64,000 nucleotides of DNA from Candidatus Pampinifervens sinense. Lineage in GTDB: Bacteria > Aquificota > Aquificia > Aquificales > Aquificaceae. Positions 9,999 through 20,228 of the stretch are shown piece after piece. Where the stretch lies: assembly GCA_037927135.1 (NCBI GenBank), contig JAXSPP010000005.1:32001-96000 (forward strand), written 5' to 3'. Position 1 is the first letter of the stretch, and each line of letters opens with the position of its first letter. The translations under genes were made by a program, and so were the position numbers. The notes under the pieces are model-generated. The model had not been told where the DNA came from. It was given only the letters and a program-made list of their open reading frames with translations, and did not search any database.

Positions 9999-10014
9999 CA
10001 TGAGGTCTATCATG
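9999..10014 (-). promoter_or_regulatory. Crp/Fnr-type palindrome CATGA-N6-TCATG upstream of hemerythrin
   Basis: TGA-N6-TCA core centred at -41.5 if TATATT (9977-9972) is the -10. Confidence 0.55.
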
Positions 10015-10047
10015 ACCAGCGATTTCTAAAAACCTCACATAAAAAAC

Positions 10048-10076
10048 TTGACAAAACTTCACTAAAGTTTTATATT
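10048..10076 (+). promoter_or_regulatory. Sigma70-type dnaK promoter
   Basis: TTGACA(10048-10053)-N17-TATATT(10071-10076); AAAACTT-N5-AAGTTTT palindrome across the spacer. Confidence 0.7.
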
Positions 10077-10109
10077 TTTTCAAAACTACCGATGAGGAGG
10101 TAAACAAGG

Positions 10110-11972
10110 ATGGCGGAGAAGATCATAGGTATAGACCTTGGAACTACAAACTCTGTGGTGGCCGTTATGATAGGCGATGAGCCTGTGGTCATACCAAATC
10201 AGGAGGGTTCAAGGCTCACACCTTCTGTGGTATCCTGGACAAAGGAAAAGGAGATTTTGGTAGGAGAGCCAGCCAAAAGGCGTGCCATACTTGACCCAGA
10301 GAACACTGTATACGAATCTAAAAGGTTTATAGGAAGAAAGTATGAAGAGGTTTTGGATGAGGCCAAAAGGGTCTCCTATAAGGTGGTTCCCGATGAGAAG
10401 GGAGATGCGAGCTTTGAGATTCCAAATATAGGCAGGAAGGTAAGGCCAGAGGAGGTAGGAGCCTATGTTCTCAAAAAGCTAAAAGAAGCTGCTGAAGCCT
10501 ACCTTGGTGAAAAGATAACAAAGGCGGTCATTACTGTGCCCGCATACTTTAACGAGAGGCAAAGGCAAGCTACAAAGGATGCTGGAAAGATAGCTGGTCT
10601 TGAAGTGGTAAGAATACTCAATGAGCCAACTGCAGCAGCCTTGGCCTACGGCCTTGACAAGAAGAGTGATGTAAGGATACTGGTCTATGATTTTGGCGGT
10701 GGCACCTTTGACGTTTCCATACTTGAAGGTGGAGAAGGGGTCATAGAGGTAAAGGCTACCGCTGGAGACACCCACCTTGGTGGTGCCAACATAGATGAGA
10801 GGATAATGGAATGGCTCATTGAAGAGTTCAAAAGGGAGACGGGAGTTGATTTAAGGAAGGACAGGACGGCCCTACAGAGATTAAAGGAGGCCAGCGAGCA
10901 GGCAAAGAAGGAGCTATCCTTCAAGCTTGAAACGGAGATAAACCTTCCCTTTATAACCATAGATCCATCCACCAACCAACCTCTGCACCTTCAAAAGAAG
11001 CTCACAAGGGCAAGACTTGAGGAGATGATAAAGGATCTTGTAGATAGGACCATAGAGATAGTAAAGAGGGCCCTTGAGGATGCCAAGCTCAGGCCTCAGG
11101 ATATTGACGAAGTAGTGCTTGTGGGAGGTTCTACAAGGATACCTCTTGTTCAACAAAGGATAAGGGAGTTCTTTGGAAAAGAGCCCCATAAGGGTGTGAA
11201 CCCCGATGAGGTGGTGGCAGTGGGTGCTGCCATACAGGCTGGTGTGATTGCGGGCCAAGTAAAAGAAATACTTTTGGTGGATGTTACACCCCTCTCCCTT
11301 GGTGTAGAAACCTACGGTGGCGTTATGACTGTCCTTATACCGAGGAACACACCCATACCCTACAGGAAGTGTGAGATATTTACCACTGCCAGCGACTATC
11401 AAACAGAAGTAGAGATACATGTGCTTCAAGGCGAACGCCCAATGGCAAAGGACAACAAGTCTTTAGGTAGGTTTTATCTTACTGGCATACCACCGGCTCC
11501 AAGAGGTGTGCCAAAGATAGAGGTATGCTTTGACATAGATGTGGATGGCATCCTTCATGTGACGGCAAAAGACTTGGCCACAGGTAAAGAGCAATCCATA
11601 AGGGTGCAGGCCTCTTCCGGCCTCACGCAGGAGGAGATAGAGAGGATGATAAGGGAAGCGCAGTTGCACGAAGAGGAGGACAGAAAGAAGAAGGAGCTTG
11701 TAGAGGCCAAGAACCAGCTAGACCATCACATATACAACCTTGAAAAGGTCTTAAGGGAAAACAGGGACAAGTTGCCGGCAGACCTTGTTTCCGAAGTGGA
11801 AAGGACCATAGATGAGGCCAAAAAGGTCTTTGCCACATCTCAGGATATCAACGAGGTAAAGAGGACAACGGAGAGAGTGTTGGAGGTTGCTGGAAAGGTA
11901 GGAAGCTATCTATATCAAGGGACTGGAAAGACGGGAGAAGGTGGAGATGTGATAGAGGGCAAGCCCATATGA
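10110..11972 (+). CDS. dnaK: Chaperone DnaK (Hsp70)
   Basis: [19 protein letters not shown] and VGGSTRIP Hsp70 signatures. Confidence 0.99.
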   Translation: MAEKIIGIDLGTTNSVVAVMIGDEPVVIPNQEGSRLTPSVVSWTKEKEILVGEPAKRRAILDPENTVYESKRFIGRKYEEVLDEAKRVSYKVVPDEKGDASFEIPNIGRKVRPEEVGAYVLKKLKEAAEAYLGEKITKAVITVPAYFNERQRQATKDAGKIAGLEVVRILNEPTAAALAYGLDKKSDVRILVYDFGGGTFDVSILEGGEGVIEVKATAGDTHLGGANIDERIMEWLIEEFKRETGVDLRKDRTALQRLKEASEQAKKELSFKLETEINLPFITIDPSTNQPLHLQKKLTRARLEEMIKDLVDRTIEIVKRALEDAKLRPQDIDEVVLVGGSTRIPLVQQRIREFFGKEPHKGVNPDEVVAVGAAIQAGVIAGQVKEILLVDVTPLSLGVETYGGVMTVLIPRNTPIPYRKCEIFTTASDYQTEVEIHVLQGERPMAKDNKSLGRFYLTGIPPAPRGVPKIEVCFDIDVDGILHVTAKDLATGKEQSIRVQASSGLTQEEIERMIREAQLHEEEDRKKKELVEAKNQLDHHIYNLEKVLRENRDKLPADLVSEVERTIDEAKKVFATSQDINEVKRTTERVLEVAGKVGSYLYQGTGKTGEGGDVIEGKPI

Positions 11973-11996
11973 GGTTTGCCCTCTTTTTATTTTTTT
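11954..11996 (+). terminator. Rho-independent terminator of dnaK
   Basis: AGAGGGCAAGCC-catatga-GGTTTGCCCTCT followed by T-tract; overlaps the stop codon. Confidence 0.85.
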
Positions 11997-12015
11997 GTGA
12001 TACAATGGCTTATTA

Positions 12016-12573
12016 ATGGTAAGGGTCTTTGTGGGCTTTTTTGTTACAAAGAAGATACAAGAGGCCGTTGAAAAGATACATTCTCAGGTGGATGACCTGA
12101 TAAGGGGAAAGTGGGTAGAGCCACAGAACTTTCATATGACCTTCCAATTCATAGGTGAGGTGCCACAAGAGAAGCTTGTGGATATTTTAAAAAGTCTTCA
12201 AGAAACTGCTCAAGAGCTAAAGCCTGTAAGGGTAAAGTATAAGGGGCTTGGTGTTTTCCCAAACGTTGACAAGGCAAGGATACTTTGGATAGGTATATCG
12301 GAAGGACACAGACAGCTCATAGAGATGTCAAAAGCTATAGTGAGAGCAAACAGGCGCATAGGTATAAAGAATGAAGGCAAGCCCTTCTACCCCCATGTGA
12401 CCATCTGTAGGATAAAGGAGTTTGAAAAGAGGGCCCTCAAAAACCTGCTTCGCCAGTATGAGCATACAAGCTTTGGTGAAGATTTGGTAGATAGGGTAGC
12501 CCTCATAAAGAGCTCCTTGACCTCCGTTGGACCTATATACACCGTCATAGAGGAGTTTTACCTAAATGGCTGA
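12016..12573 (+). CDS. thpR: RNA 2',3'-cyclic phosphodiesterase (2H phosphoesterase)
   Basis: Two HxT motifs (HMTFQF, PHVTICR). Confidence 0.9.
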   Translation: MVRVFVGFFVTKKIQEAVEKIHSQVDDLIRGKWVEPQNFHMTFQFIGEVPQEKLVDILKSLQETAQELKPVRVKYKGLGVFPNVDKARILWIGISEGHRQLIEMSKAIVRANRRIGIKNEGKPFYPHVTICRIKEFEKRALKNLLRQYEHTSFGEDLVDRVALIKSSLTSVGPIYTVIEEFYLNG

Positions 12574-13573
12574 GTGGACCTACGAGAAAGCAGGAGTGAG
12601 TTTAGAGAGGGCAGAAGCCTTTGTGGAGTATATAAAACAAAAGGTGAAGACTTTGCCAAAGGAGGCCCTTCTCTTTGGAAGCTTTGCCAGTGGGATAAGC
12701 CTAAAGGGCTATAAGGATCCAGTTATCATGATGACAACCGACGGAGTTGGCACAAAGCTAAAAGTGGCTCAAAAGGTAGGGGTGCACCATACTGTGGGAA
12801 TGGACCTTGTGGCTATGAACGTTAACGACATCCTTGCCACAGGAGCAAAGCCTTTGGCCTTCCTTGACTACATAGCGGTGGGTAGGATAGACCTTAATGT
12901 GCTAAAAAGGGTTATGGATGGCATAGTGGAAGGCTGTAGGATGGCAGGGGTTACCCTTGTGGGCGGAGAGACGGCCGAGATGCCAGACTTTTATCCAGAG
13001 GGCACATACGACCTTGCAGGCTTTTGTGTAGGTGTGTGTGAAAGGGGGGAGCTTGTTACAGGTCAGGATATAAAACCGGGTGATGTAATAATAGGCTTTC
13101 CTTCCTCTGGCTTTCACAGCAACGGCTACAGCCTCATAAGGAAGATACTGGAGAGCAAAGGAATAAGCTACAACGATAGGTTTGAGGGAACGGACAAGAA
13201 GGTGTGGGAAGTGCTTTTAGAACCTACAAAGATATACGTGGAGGAGGTGGAAAAGATAAAGGAAGCTAAAGTTTCAATAAAGGGGATGGCGCATATAACC
13301 GGTGGTGGCATACCTGGAAATCTCATAAGGATACTTCCAGAAAACTGCAAGGCCATCGTTGAAACTGATAAAATACCAAGGAACTCTATTTTTGATTGGA
13401 TTAGGGAGTTAGGAAGGGTGCCTATAGAGGAGATGTATAGAACCTTTAACATGGGTGTAGGGTTTATGGTGGTAATAGACAAGAGGGATGTGGAAAAGGT
13501 ACTAAAGGCTGTAGAGTCTTCCTTTGTGTGTGGATACATTGAGGAGGGTAAAAGGGATGTGGTCCTTGTGTAA
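12566..13573 (+). CDS. purM: Phosphoribosylformylglycinamidine cyclo-ligase
   Basis: TDGVGTK, GGETAEMP, HSNGYSL, HITGGG and RTFNMG motifs. Confidence 0.97.
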   Translation: MAEWTYEKAGVSLERAEAFVEYIKQKVKTLPKEALLFGSFASGISLKGYKDPVIMMTTDGVGTKLKVAQKVGVHHTVGMDLVAMNVNDILATGAKPLAFLDYIAVGRIDLNVLKRVMDGIVEGCRMAGVTLVGGETAEMPDFYPEGTYDLAGFCVGVCERGELVTGQDIKPGDVIIGFPSSGFHSNGYSLIRKILESKGISYNDRFEGTDKKVWEVLLEPTKIYVEEVEKIKEAKVSIKGMAHITGGGIPGNLIRILPENCKAIVETDKIPRNSIFDWIRELGRVPIEEMYRTFNMGVGFMVVIDKRDVEKVLKAVESSFVCGYIEEGKRDVVLV

Positions 13574-15890
13574 AGTTTTTATACTTCTTTTTTTCCTTGT
13601 AGGCTACTCTTTTGCGCAGATAATAAAAGAGATAAGGATTGAGGGGGCACAGTATGTGCCAGAAGATGTGATCCTTGGACTCATAAACATCAAAAGTGGA
13701 AGCCTATACAGTCTAGAGCTTGTAAGGGAAAGCATTAGGCGTATGTACAGGAGCGGTTTTTTTGATCAGGTGGAGGTGTATGAGGAAAGGGAGGGAGATA
13801 GGGTGGTTCTCATATACAGGGTGAAGGATCTGCCCGTCATTTACAAGATTGAATTTCAAGGAAACAGGAGGATAAAGTCGGAGGATCTGGAAAAAAGGAT
13901 AGGGATAGAGACTGAGGTTGGAAGGATAGATATAGAAGAGCTCACAAAAGGCTACACCTCTTCCCCGGCCATAGAGGAGAGGCTTGAGATACAAAGAAGG
14001 CTTAAGCTTGGGAGGGTGCTTACACGGGAAGAGATGGAGTATATAAAACGGAAGATAGTAGAGGCTTACGCTAAGGAAGGCTATCCCAATGTGGAGGTAG
14101 ATTATAAGCTTGTGCCCAAAAAGGGAGCATCAAAGCTTGTCTATGTCATAAAGGAGGGAGAGTCCCAATATGTGGGTAGTATTAAGTTTGAGGGAAACAA
14201 AAGCTTTGGAAGGGGGAAGCTACTTGGAATTATGGATACAAAGCCAGTAAGCCTGCTTGCCTTCAGGCTAAAACCCCCCTTTAGTGAGGAAGTCTTAAGG
14301 GAAGATATAAGAAAAATAAGGGATTTTTATCGTTCGGAAGGCTTTCTTGAAGCCCAAGTGGATTACCTTCTAAAAAAGGAAGGAAACAGGTATGAGATAA
14401 CCATAAGGATAAAAGAAGGGCCAAGATACAAGCTCAAGGATGTAAGCATAGAGGGAAATACACTCTTTGCCTATAGAGAACTTGTTGGGGACATTCTCAA
14501 AAAGAACAAAGGAGGCTATTACAGAAGGGAGGTGGTTGAAAAGTTAAAAGAGAACATAAAAAGGAAGTATTCGGATATAGGCTTTTTGGGTGTTTCTGTA
14601 GAGGAGATAGAGAAGGTGGATGTAGATAAAAAGAGTGTAAGCCTTAGTTTAAAGGTTCATGAGGGTGAGCCAGTTTACGTTGGAAGGATTGATGTGGAAG
14701 GCAACTATGAATCAAGGGACTATGTGATAAGGAGGGAGCTAAGGTTTCAGGAAGGGGAGCTAGCAAACCTAAAAGAGATGGAAAGGTCTAGGACAAGGAT
14801 CTTTAACCTTGGCTACTATGAGGATGTATCCATAGAACCTTTCCCTTCCGAAGGGAAGAATTGGAATTTCGTGGCAAAGGTGAGGGAGCGCTTCACCGGT
14901 CAGTTCTCTGTAGGACTTGGATACAATCAAGTTACTGGTATCTCTGGCTTTGTATCTTTGCGCAAAGGCAATTTCTTGGGCACGGGCGATATAGCGGGCA
15001 TATCCATCTCCTACGGAAGCAGGTACAAGGATAACTCCCTTTCTTACACAAAAAAATGGTTTCTCAATAAACCTATAGACCTTACCGGTTCTGTTTATGA
15101 CCGGAGGATAGAATACACCACCTATACGGTGGAGAGATCTGGAATAGACTTTATATTCTCAAGGGAGTTTGCCGAGTTTTGGAGAGTCAGTTCTGGCGTA
15201 AGCTTCCAGAGGGTAAGCTACAAGGATATATCTCCTCAAGCATCATCCTTGCTACAGCAAGAGGCTGGAACAAGACAATCAAGAAAGTTTCTTTTTAGCA
15301 TAACAAGGGATACAAGGGATAACTACCTTTTCCCATCTAAGGGAGCTCTTACAGAAATAAGCTATTCGGTGGCGGTACCAGTGCTTGGGGGCAATGAAAG
15401 GTTCAACAAAGTGGTCCTCTCTCACCAGCATTTCTTTAAAGACAGATGGCTTGATACTGGCTTAATATTCTCCATTAAAGGTGTATTGGGAGTGGTAGAG
15501 CCCTATGGGAATAAAAGGGTGCCCCTTGATGAACGCTTCTTTGTAGGCGGAGACTTTACCGTGAGAGGATACAAATACGGCTATGCTGGCCCTTTAGACC
15601 CAAACACCAAAGAACCAATAGGCTCTAAAAAGGAGTTTATCATGTCTGCGGAAATAAACTACCCCCTCTATAAGAACATCCTATATGGAGCAGTTTTTTA
15701 CGATACAGGCCTTGGTTTTGACGATTGGAAGGAATTGAGAGCGCAGAATTTAAAGGGTGGTTTTGGTGTGGGCATCAGGTTTATAACGCCCTTTGCTCCA
15801 ATAAAGCTGGATTGGGCCTTTAAAACCAAAAAAGTTCCTGGTGATACATCAAGGAGTAAGCTACACTTTGTTCTTGGAGTGTTCTTCTGA
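13557..15890 (+). CDS. bamA: Outer membrane protein assembly factor BamA
   Basis: Signal peptide, POTRA-like repeats, VRGY motif, GFGVGIRFITPFAPIKLD, C-terminal Phe; start moved to ATG 13557. Confidence 0.93.
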   Translation: MWSLCKVFILLFFLVGYSFAQIIKEIRIEGAQYVPEDVILGLINIKSGSLYSLELVRESIRRMYRSGFFDQVEVYEEREGDRVVLIYRVKDLPVIYKIEFQGNRRIKSEDLEKRIGIETEVGRIDIEELTKGYTSSPAIEERLEIQRRLKLGRVLTREEMEYIKRKIVEAYAKEGYPNVEVDYKLVPKKGASKLVYVIKEGESQYVGSIKFEGNKSFGRGKLLGIMDTKPVSLLAFRLKPPFSEEVLREDIRKIRDFYRSEGFLEAQVDYLLKKEGNRYEITIRIKEGPRYKLKDVSIEGNTLFAYRELVGDILKKNKGGYYRREVVEKLKENIKRKYSDIGFLGVSVEEIEKVDVDKKSVSLSLKVHEGEPVYVGRIDVEGNYESRDYVIRRELRFQEGELANLKEMERSRTRIFNLGYYEDVSIEPFPSEGKNWNFVAKVRERFTGQFSVGLGYNQVTGISGFVSLRKGNFLGTGDIAGISISYGSRYKDNSLSYTKKWFLNKPIDLTGSVYDRRIEYTTYTVERSGIDFIFSREFAEFWRVSSGVSFQRVSYKDISPQASSLLQQEAGTRQSRKFLFSITRDTRDNYLFPSKGALTEISYSVAVPVLGGNERFNKVVLSHQHFFKDRWLDTGLIFSIKGVLGVVEPYGNKRVPLDERFFVGGDFTVRGYKYGYAGPLDPNTKEPIGSKKEFIMSAEINYPLYKNILYGAVFYDTGLGFDDWKELRAQNLKGGFGVGIRFITPFAPIKLDWAFKTKKVPGDTSRSKLHFVLGVFF

Positions 15891-16690
15891 TGATACCTAG
15901 GGCTTTGACTATAGCTGGGTCGGATAGTGGAGGGGGTGCGGGCATACAGGCCGACCTTAAAACCTTTACAGTGCTTGGTGTATATGGCATGAGCGCCATA
16001 ACTTCCATAACTGTTCAAAATACAATAGGTGTATACAGTCTTTTTGACATACCCCCCAAGCTTGTCTACGATCAGATAAAGGTTGTGGTAGAAGACATTG
16101 GGGTGGATGCGTGCAAAACTGGTATGCTTTCCAACGAGGAAACAATAAAGGTGGTTGCTAAAGCTATAAAGGAGTTTAGGCTTGAAAAGTTTGTGCTTGA
16201 CCCTGTAATGAAGGCAAAATCGGGTGACCCACTTCTAAAGGAATCTGCAAAGGATGTATTGATTAAAGAGCTGATTCCCTTGGCGCTTGTGATCACACCG
16301 AACATTCCAGAAGCTGAAGAGCTTTGCGGTTTTAAGATAAGTGGGCTGGAGGATATGGAAAAGGCCTGTAGAAAAATTTACTCCTTGGGGTGTTCTGCAG
16401 TGGTTCTAAAAGGTGGACATTTAGAAGGGGATGAAGCTATAGATATCTTTTACGATGGAAGAGGCTTTGAATACCTTATAGGCAAAAAGGTAATTACAAA
16501 GAACACACACGGCACAGGCTGTACTTTTTCTTCGGCCATAACTTCTTACCTGGCAAAGGGCTTTAGTTTAAAGGATGCGGTAAAAAAGGCAAAGGAGTTT
16601 GTGCAAGGGGCCATAGAACACTCCTTACCTTTAGGGAAGGGACATGGGCCACTGAACCATCTTTGGCCCTTCTATTCCTTTAGCACATAG
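15890..16690 (+). CDS. thiD: Hydroxymethylpyrimidine/phosphomethylpyrimidine kinase
   Basis: TIAGSDSGGGAGIQADLKT and THGTGC motifs. Confidence 0.96.
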   Translation: MIPRALTIAGSDSGGGAGIQADLKTFTVLGVYGMSAITSITVQNTIGVYSLFDIPPKLVYDQIKVVVEDIGVDACKTGMLSNEETIKVVAKAIKEFRLEKFVLDPVMKAKSGDPLLKESAKDVLIKELIPLALVITPNIPEAEELCGFKISGLEDMEKACRKIYSLGCSAVVLKGGHLEGDEAIDIFYDGRGFEYLIGKKVITKNTHGTGCTFSSAITSYLAKGFSLKDAVKKAKEFVQGAIEHSLPLGKGHGPLNHLWPFYSFST

Positions 16691-17025
16691 GCTATAGCTA
16701 CAGAATATTCCCTTTCGTGTGAAAGGGAAACGAGAACCTTACAATCTTCAAAACCTTTTCTTAGTATCCTTACGCGAGCAGGCTTCCCTCTGTCTCCCAA
16801 AACTTCAACCTCTGAAAGTCTAAGCATTACACCATAGGCTTGATAAAAGGCCTTGAGGACTGCCTCTTTGCAAGCCCATCTGGCAGATAAGCATTCATAG
16901 AAAGCCTTTTGATTTTGACAATACCTTAGCTCCTCTTCCGTATAAACCCTTTTTAAGAATCTCTCACCATATCTTTCTACAGCCTCTTTTATCCTCTGGT
17001 TTTTAACTATATCAACACCCACCAT
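16672..17025 (-). CDS. acpS: Holo-ACP synthase
   Basis: GVDIV, RWACKEAVLKA and SLSHE motifs. Confidence 0.93.
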   Translation of the reverse strand: MVGVDIVKNQRIKEAVERYGERFLKRVYTEEELRYCQNQKAFYECLSARWACKEAVLKAFYQAYGVMLRLSEVEVLGDRGKPARVRILRKGFEDCKVLVSLSHEREYSVAIAYVLKE

Positions 17026-17800
17026 GATAAACTATCTTATTATGCACCTTCTCTGGTTTAGCCTAGCATGTTATTTTCTTGCCCTCCTATCATCCTTAGC
17101 TTACCACCTTTCCCCTTCTATGAAAAAACCCGTCCTTTTTACCATATTTCTGGGATGGCTTTTCTATGTAGTTTATGTTATAAAAGTGGCGGTAAGCATA
17201 GGGAGTTTCCCTTTTGCAGATGTATACGGCTTTTATTCTCTACTTGGAAACTTTATGCTTTTTATCTTCCTTATATCTTCCATAAAATTTGAACAAATTC
17301 AAAAGTTTTTAGCCTTCTTTTCACTTTTAGGTTTGCTTTCCACCCTCCTTGCCCTTCCTGCAGAGCCGTCTCCTTACAAAAATCCATTGTATTCTTTACA
17401 CATAACCTTTGCACTTCTTTCTTACCTTTCCTCCTTTATGGCAGGATCCCTTTCTCTAATAAAGTTCATAGTTGAAGCAAAGCTTAGGCATAAGAGTTTA
17501 GGTGGTTTTTTTATGCCTCTTAACTACCTAAGAAAAGGTGAAAGAATCCTTATAAATCTTTGTTTTATATCCCTTACATTTACGCTTTTGTTTGGAAGTT
17601 TGTGGAGTAGAAGCTATTTTGGAAAGCATTGGATAAACGACCCAAAGCTGATGTATGTACTCTTCTTATGGTTATACTATGCCATTCTTGTCCATCTTAA
17701 CTTGCTAAGAAGGATAAAGCCCAGAACATTGTCTTATGGGATAATAATAGGAGCCTTTCTTCTTTTGCTGAACCTTTTGTTTATAAGGCATGAGTTGTAA
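17024..17800 (+). CDS. ccsA: Cytochrome c biogenesis protein CcsA-like (start may be 17042)
   Basis: Multi-TM; conserved His; GSLWSRSYFGKHWINDPK WWD-like motif. Confidence 0.75.
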   Translation: MINYLIMHLLWFSLACYFLALLSSLAYHLSPSMKKPVLFTIFLGWLFYVVYVIKVAVSIGSFPFADVYGFYSLLGNFMLFIFLISSIKFEQIQKFLAFFSLLGLLSTLLALPAEPSPYKNPLYSLHITFALLSYLSSFMAGSLSLIKFIVEAKLRHKSLGGFFMPLNYLRKGERILINLCFISLTFTLLFGSLWSRSYFGKHWINDPKLMYVLFLWLYYAILVHLNLLRRIKPRTLSYGIIIGAFLLLLNLLFIRHEL

Positions 17801-18305
17801 GAGGATATTCCTTATAGGTTTTATGTGTAGTGGTAAAAGCACGGTGGGAAGGTTGCTTTCTTCAAAGCTTGGCTGGTCTTTCAAGGATGTGGATGAGGAA
17901 GTGGAAAGATTGGAAAAAATGACCATTTCACAGATCTTTGAGGAAAAGGGGGAGGATTACTTTAGAAATGTAGAACTGAAGGTACTTGAAAGGTTATGTG
18001 AAGAAGAATATGTGGTAATCAGTACTGGGGGAGGTCTAGGGGCAAACCTTCATGCCTTAGACCTTATGAAATCAAAAGGTTTGGTGGTATGGCTAAAGGT
18101 GGACTTTGAAACCTTCTTGGAAAGGTGTGGAAAGGATACGTCAAGGCCCCTTTTGAGGAGGAGCAGGGAGGATCTTTTGAAGCTTTTCAAAGAGAGGGGC
18201 GAAAGGTATGCTTGTGCGCATATAACCCTTGACGCTCTTTTAAAACCTGAGGAATTGGCAGAAAGGATAATCCAATTTTGCAAAGGTTTGCAAGATGATT
18301 TATAA
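17790..18305 (+). CDS. aroK: Shikimate kinase
   Basis: GFMCSGKSTVG, GEDYFR, STGGG and RPLL motifs. Confidence 0.95.
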   Translation: MSCKRIFLIGFMCSGKSTVGRLLSSKLGWSFKDVDEEVERLEKMTISQIFEEKGEDYFRNVELKVLERLCEEEYVVISTGGGLGANLHALDLMKSKGLVVWLKVDFETFLERCGKDTSRPLLRRSREDLLKLFKERGERYACAHITLDALLKPEELAERIIQFCKGLQDDL

Positions 18306-18325
18306 TGAACTAGGAGGAGGAAGGT

Positions 18326-19069
18326 ATGATAAAAAAGTGGAGTTTATTATCCCTCCTATTTGCAACCATTTTTGTCGTTGGAGCATGTGGGCAAGGCTCT
18401 GCCAAATGTCCTACAAAGGATGAAGTAAAGGCACATGTAAAAGACTTCATACCGCAGGATTTTACCGTTGAGTCTGTCTCTCAAATGCAAGATATAAAAG
18501 GGCTTTGTGAGGTTGTGATAAAGGTAGGTGCCCAGCCTTTAGTCTTCTATATGGATACTCAAGGTAAATATGTGCTTGCGGGAAATCTCATAAGCATAAA
18601 AGATAAAAGGAACATCACAAGGGAGAGACAGCAAGAGTTTTTCAAAGTATCTGCAGAACAGCTAAAAGAGCTTGAAAAACATGTAAATATAAAACTTGGG
18701 GAAGGAAACAAATACATCTACTTTATAACAGACCCAGACTGTCCCTTCTGCAAAAGAAGCAACCCTATAGTAGAGGAGTGGGCAAAGAAGAACAAGGTGG
18801 AGGTAAGGGTGGTGCTCTTCCCTCTTCCCATACATCCCGAAGCCTTTGGAAAATCGGTAGCTATGGTTTGTGATAAGGTTGGTTGGAAGGAGTATGTGCA
18901 AGGATACACATCGCAGAATCAATGTGAGGAAGGAAAAAGGGCTGTGCAGGCAAACCTTGAATTTTTACAAAAGCTTGGTATAAATGGAACACCTACCTTC
19001 ATAGGTATGAACGGTAAGATGCACTCAGGAGTTCCTACGGAAGAGGATCTAAACAGGTTAATAAGATGA
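18326..19069 (+). CDS. dsbC: DsbC/DsbG-family disulfide isomerase lipoprotein
   Basis: Lipobox VGAC; TDPDCPFC active site; GTPT cis-Pro loop. Confidence 0.85.
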   Translation: MIKKWSLLSLLFATIFVVGACGQGSAKCPTKDEVKAHVKDFIPQDFTVESVSQMQDIKGLCEVVIKVGAQPLVFYMDTQGKYVLAGNLISIKDKRNITRERQQEFFKVSAEQLKELEKHVNIKLGEGNKYIYFITDPDCPFCKRSNPIVEEWAKKNKVEVRVVLFPLPIHPEAFGKSVAMVCDKVGWKEYVQGYTSQNQCEEGKRAVQANLEFLQKLGINGTPTFIGMNGKMHSGVPTEEDLNRLIR

Positions 19070-20212
19070 ATGGATTGGATCTGGGAAGAGCTAGAAAAGC
19101 TTAAAGCTTCAAATTTAATAAGAAGTAGGATATTAAGGGAAGGTTTAAAGGATTTTTGCTCTAACGATTACCTTGCTTTAAGGGACCACCCTCAGGTGAT
19201 AGAAGAGGTCATAAGGGTTTTAAAAGATTACGGTTTAGGTTCTGGTGCCTCCCCTTTAGTTTCTGGATACACAAAGTATCACAAGGATCTAGAAGAAAGC
19301 CTTGCCTCTTTTAAAGGAACACCTTGCTGTGTCCTTTTTGGCTCGGGCTACCTTGCCAACATTGGCACGATTCAAGCCTTGGTGGATGAAAGGGATCTCA
19401 TTCTTAGCGACCAGCTGAACCATGCTAGCATTATAGATGGATGCAGAATCTCTAAGGCCACAGTCTTAGTATACAGGCACAGAGACTATGAACATCTTGA
19501 AGAGTTGCTAAAAAGCCATAGAAAAAATTACAGGAGATGTTTGATCGTTAGCGACACCGTCTTTAGTATGGATGGTGATATAGCCCATATACCCACTTTG
19601 AAAAAACTCTCCGAAGCTTATGACTGTATGCTTTATTTAGATGAAGCTCATGCTACCGGTGTTTTGGGAAGCTCTGGCAGGGGTGGGCTGGAATTTTTTA
19701 AGGAAGATTGGAAAGACTACATAATAATCATGGGAACACTTTCAAAGGCCTTAGGCTCTTATGGAGCCTTTGTGTGCGGTTCTGAAAAGTTGTGTGCATA
19801 CTTTGTAAACAAAGCAAGAAGTCTTATATTCTCTACCTCTCTTCCACCATCCCTTTGCGCTGGAGCAAAAAAGGCCCTTGAGATTATCCAAAGGGAGCCA
19901 TGGAGAGTAGAGAGGCTTAGAAGCTTAAGTGAAAAGCTCTATAGCCAAATAAAGGCTTTGGGCTTTGAGGTGTTATTTTATAGAACTCCCATACTACCCA
20001 TAATGGTCTATGAGGAAAGAAGGGCTGTAGAGATAAGGGATAAGCTTTTGGAAAAAGGAGTATTCCTTCAAGCCATTAGATATCCCACCGTTCCAAAGGG
20101 AAAAGCAAGGCTTAGACTGACTGCAAGCCTAAGGTACACAGAGGAAGATATTATCCTGCTCCTTGAAGCGTTAAAAAACGTTCCCCCTCCCACCCCTACA
20201 CCCCCTCCGTAG
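19070..20212 (+). CDS. bioF: 8-amino-7-oxononanoate synthase
   Basis: FCSNDYL, NHASIIDG, DEAHATG and GTLSKALG motifs. Confidence 0.93.
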   Translation: MDWIWEELEKLKASNLIRSRILREGLKDFCSNDYLALRDHPQVIEEVIRVLKDYGLGSGASPLVSGYTKYHKDLEESLASFKGTPCCVLFGSGYLANIGTIQALVDERDLILSDQLNHASIIDGCRISKATVLVYRHRDYEHLEELLKSHRKNYRRCLIVSDTVFSMDGDIAHIPTLKKLSEAYDCMLYLDEAHATGVLGSSGRGGLEFFKEDWKDYIIIMGTLSKALGSYGAFVCGSEKLCAYFVNKARSLIFSTSLPPSLCAGAKKALEIIQREPWRVERLRSLSEKLYSQIKALGFEVLFYRTPILPIMVYEERRAVEIRDKLLEKGVFLQAIRYPTVPKGKARLRLTASLRYTEEDIILLLEALKNVPPPTPTPPP

Positions 20213-20228
20213 CCCCCGCTCTTATAAA

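Noticed and set aside
9946-10107. N-terminal extension of hemerythrin in the ORF track (also extensions of cytochrome c552, flgD, the AbrB-like gene and bamA)
   Set aside because: The extensions cross promoters or neighbouring genes; internal ATGs have RBS or -10 support.
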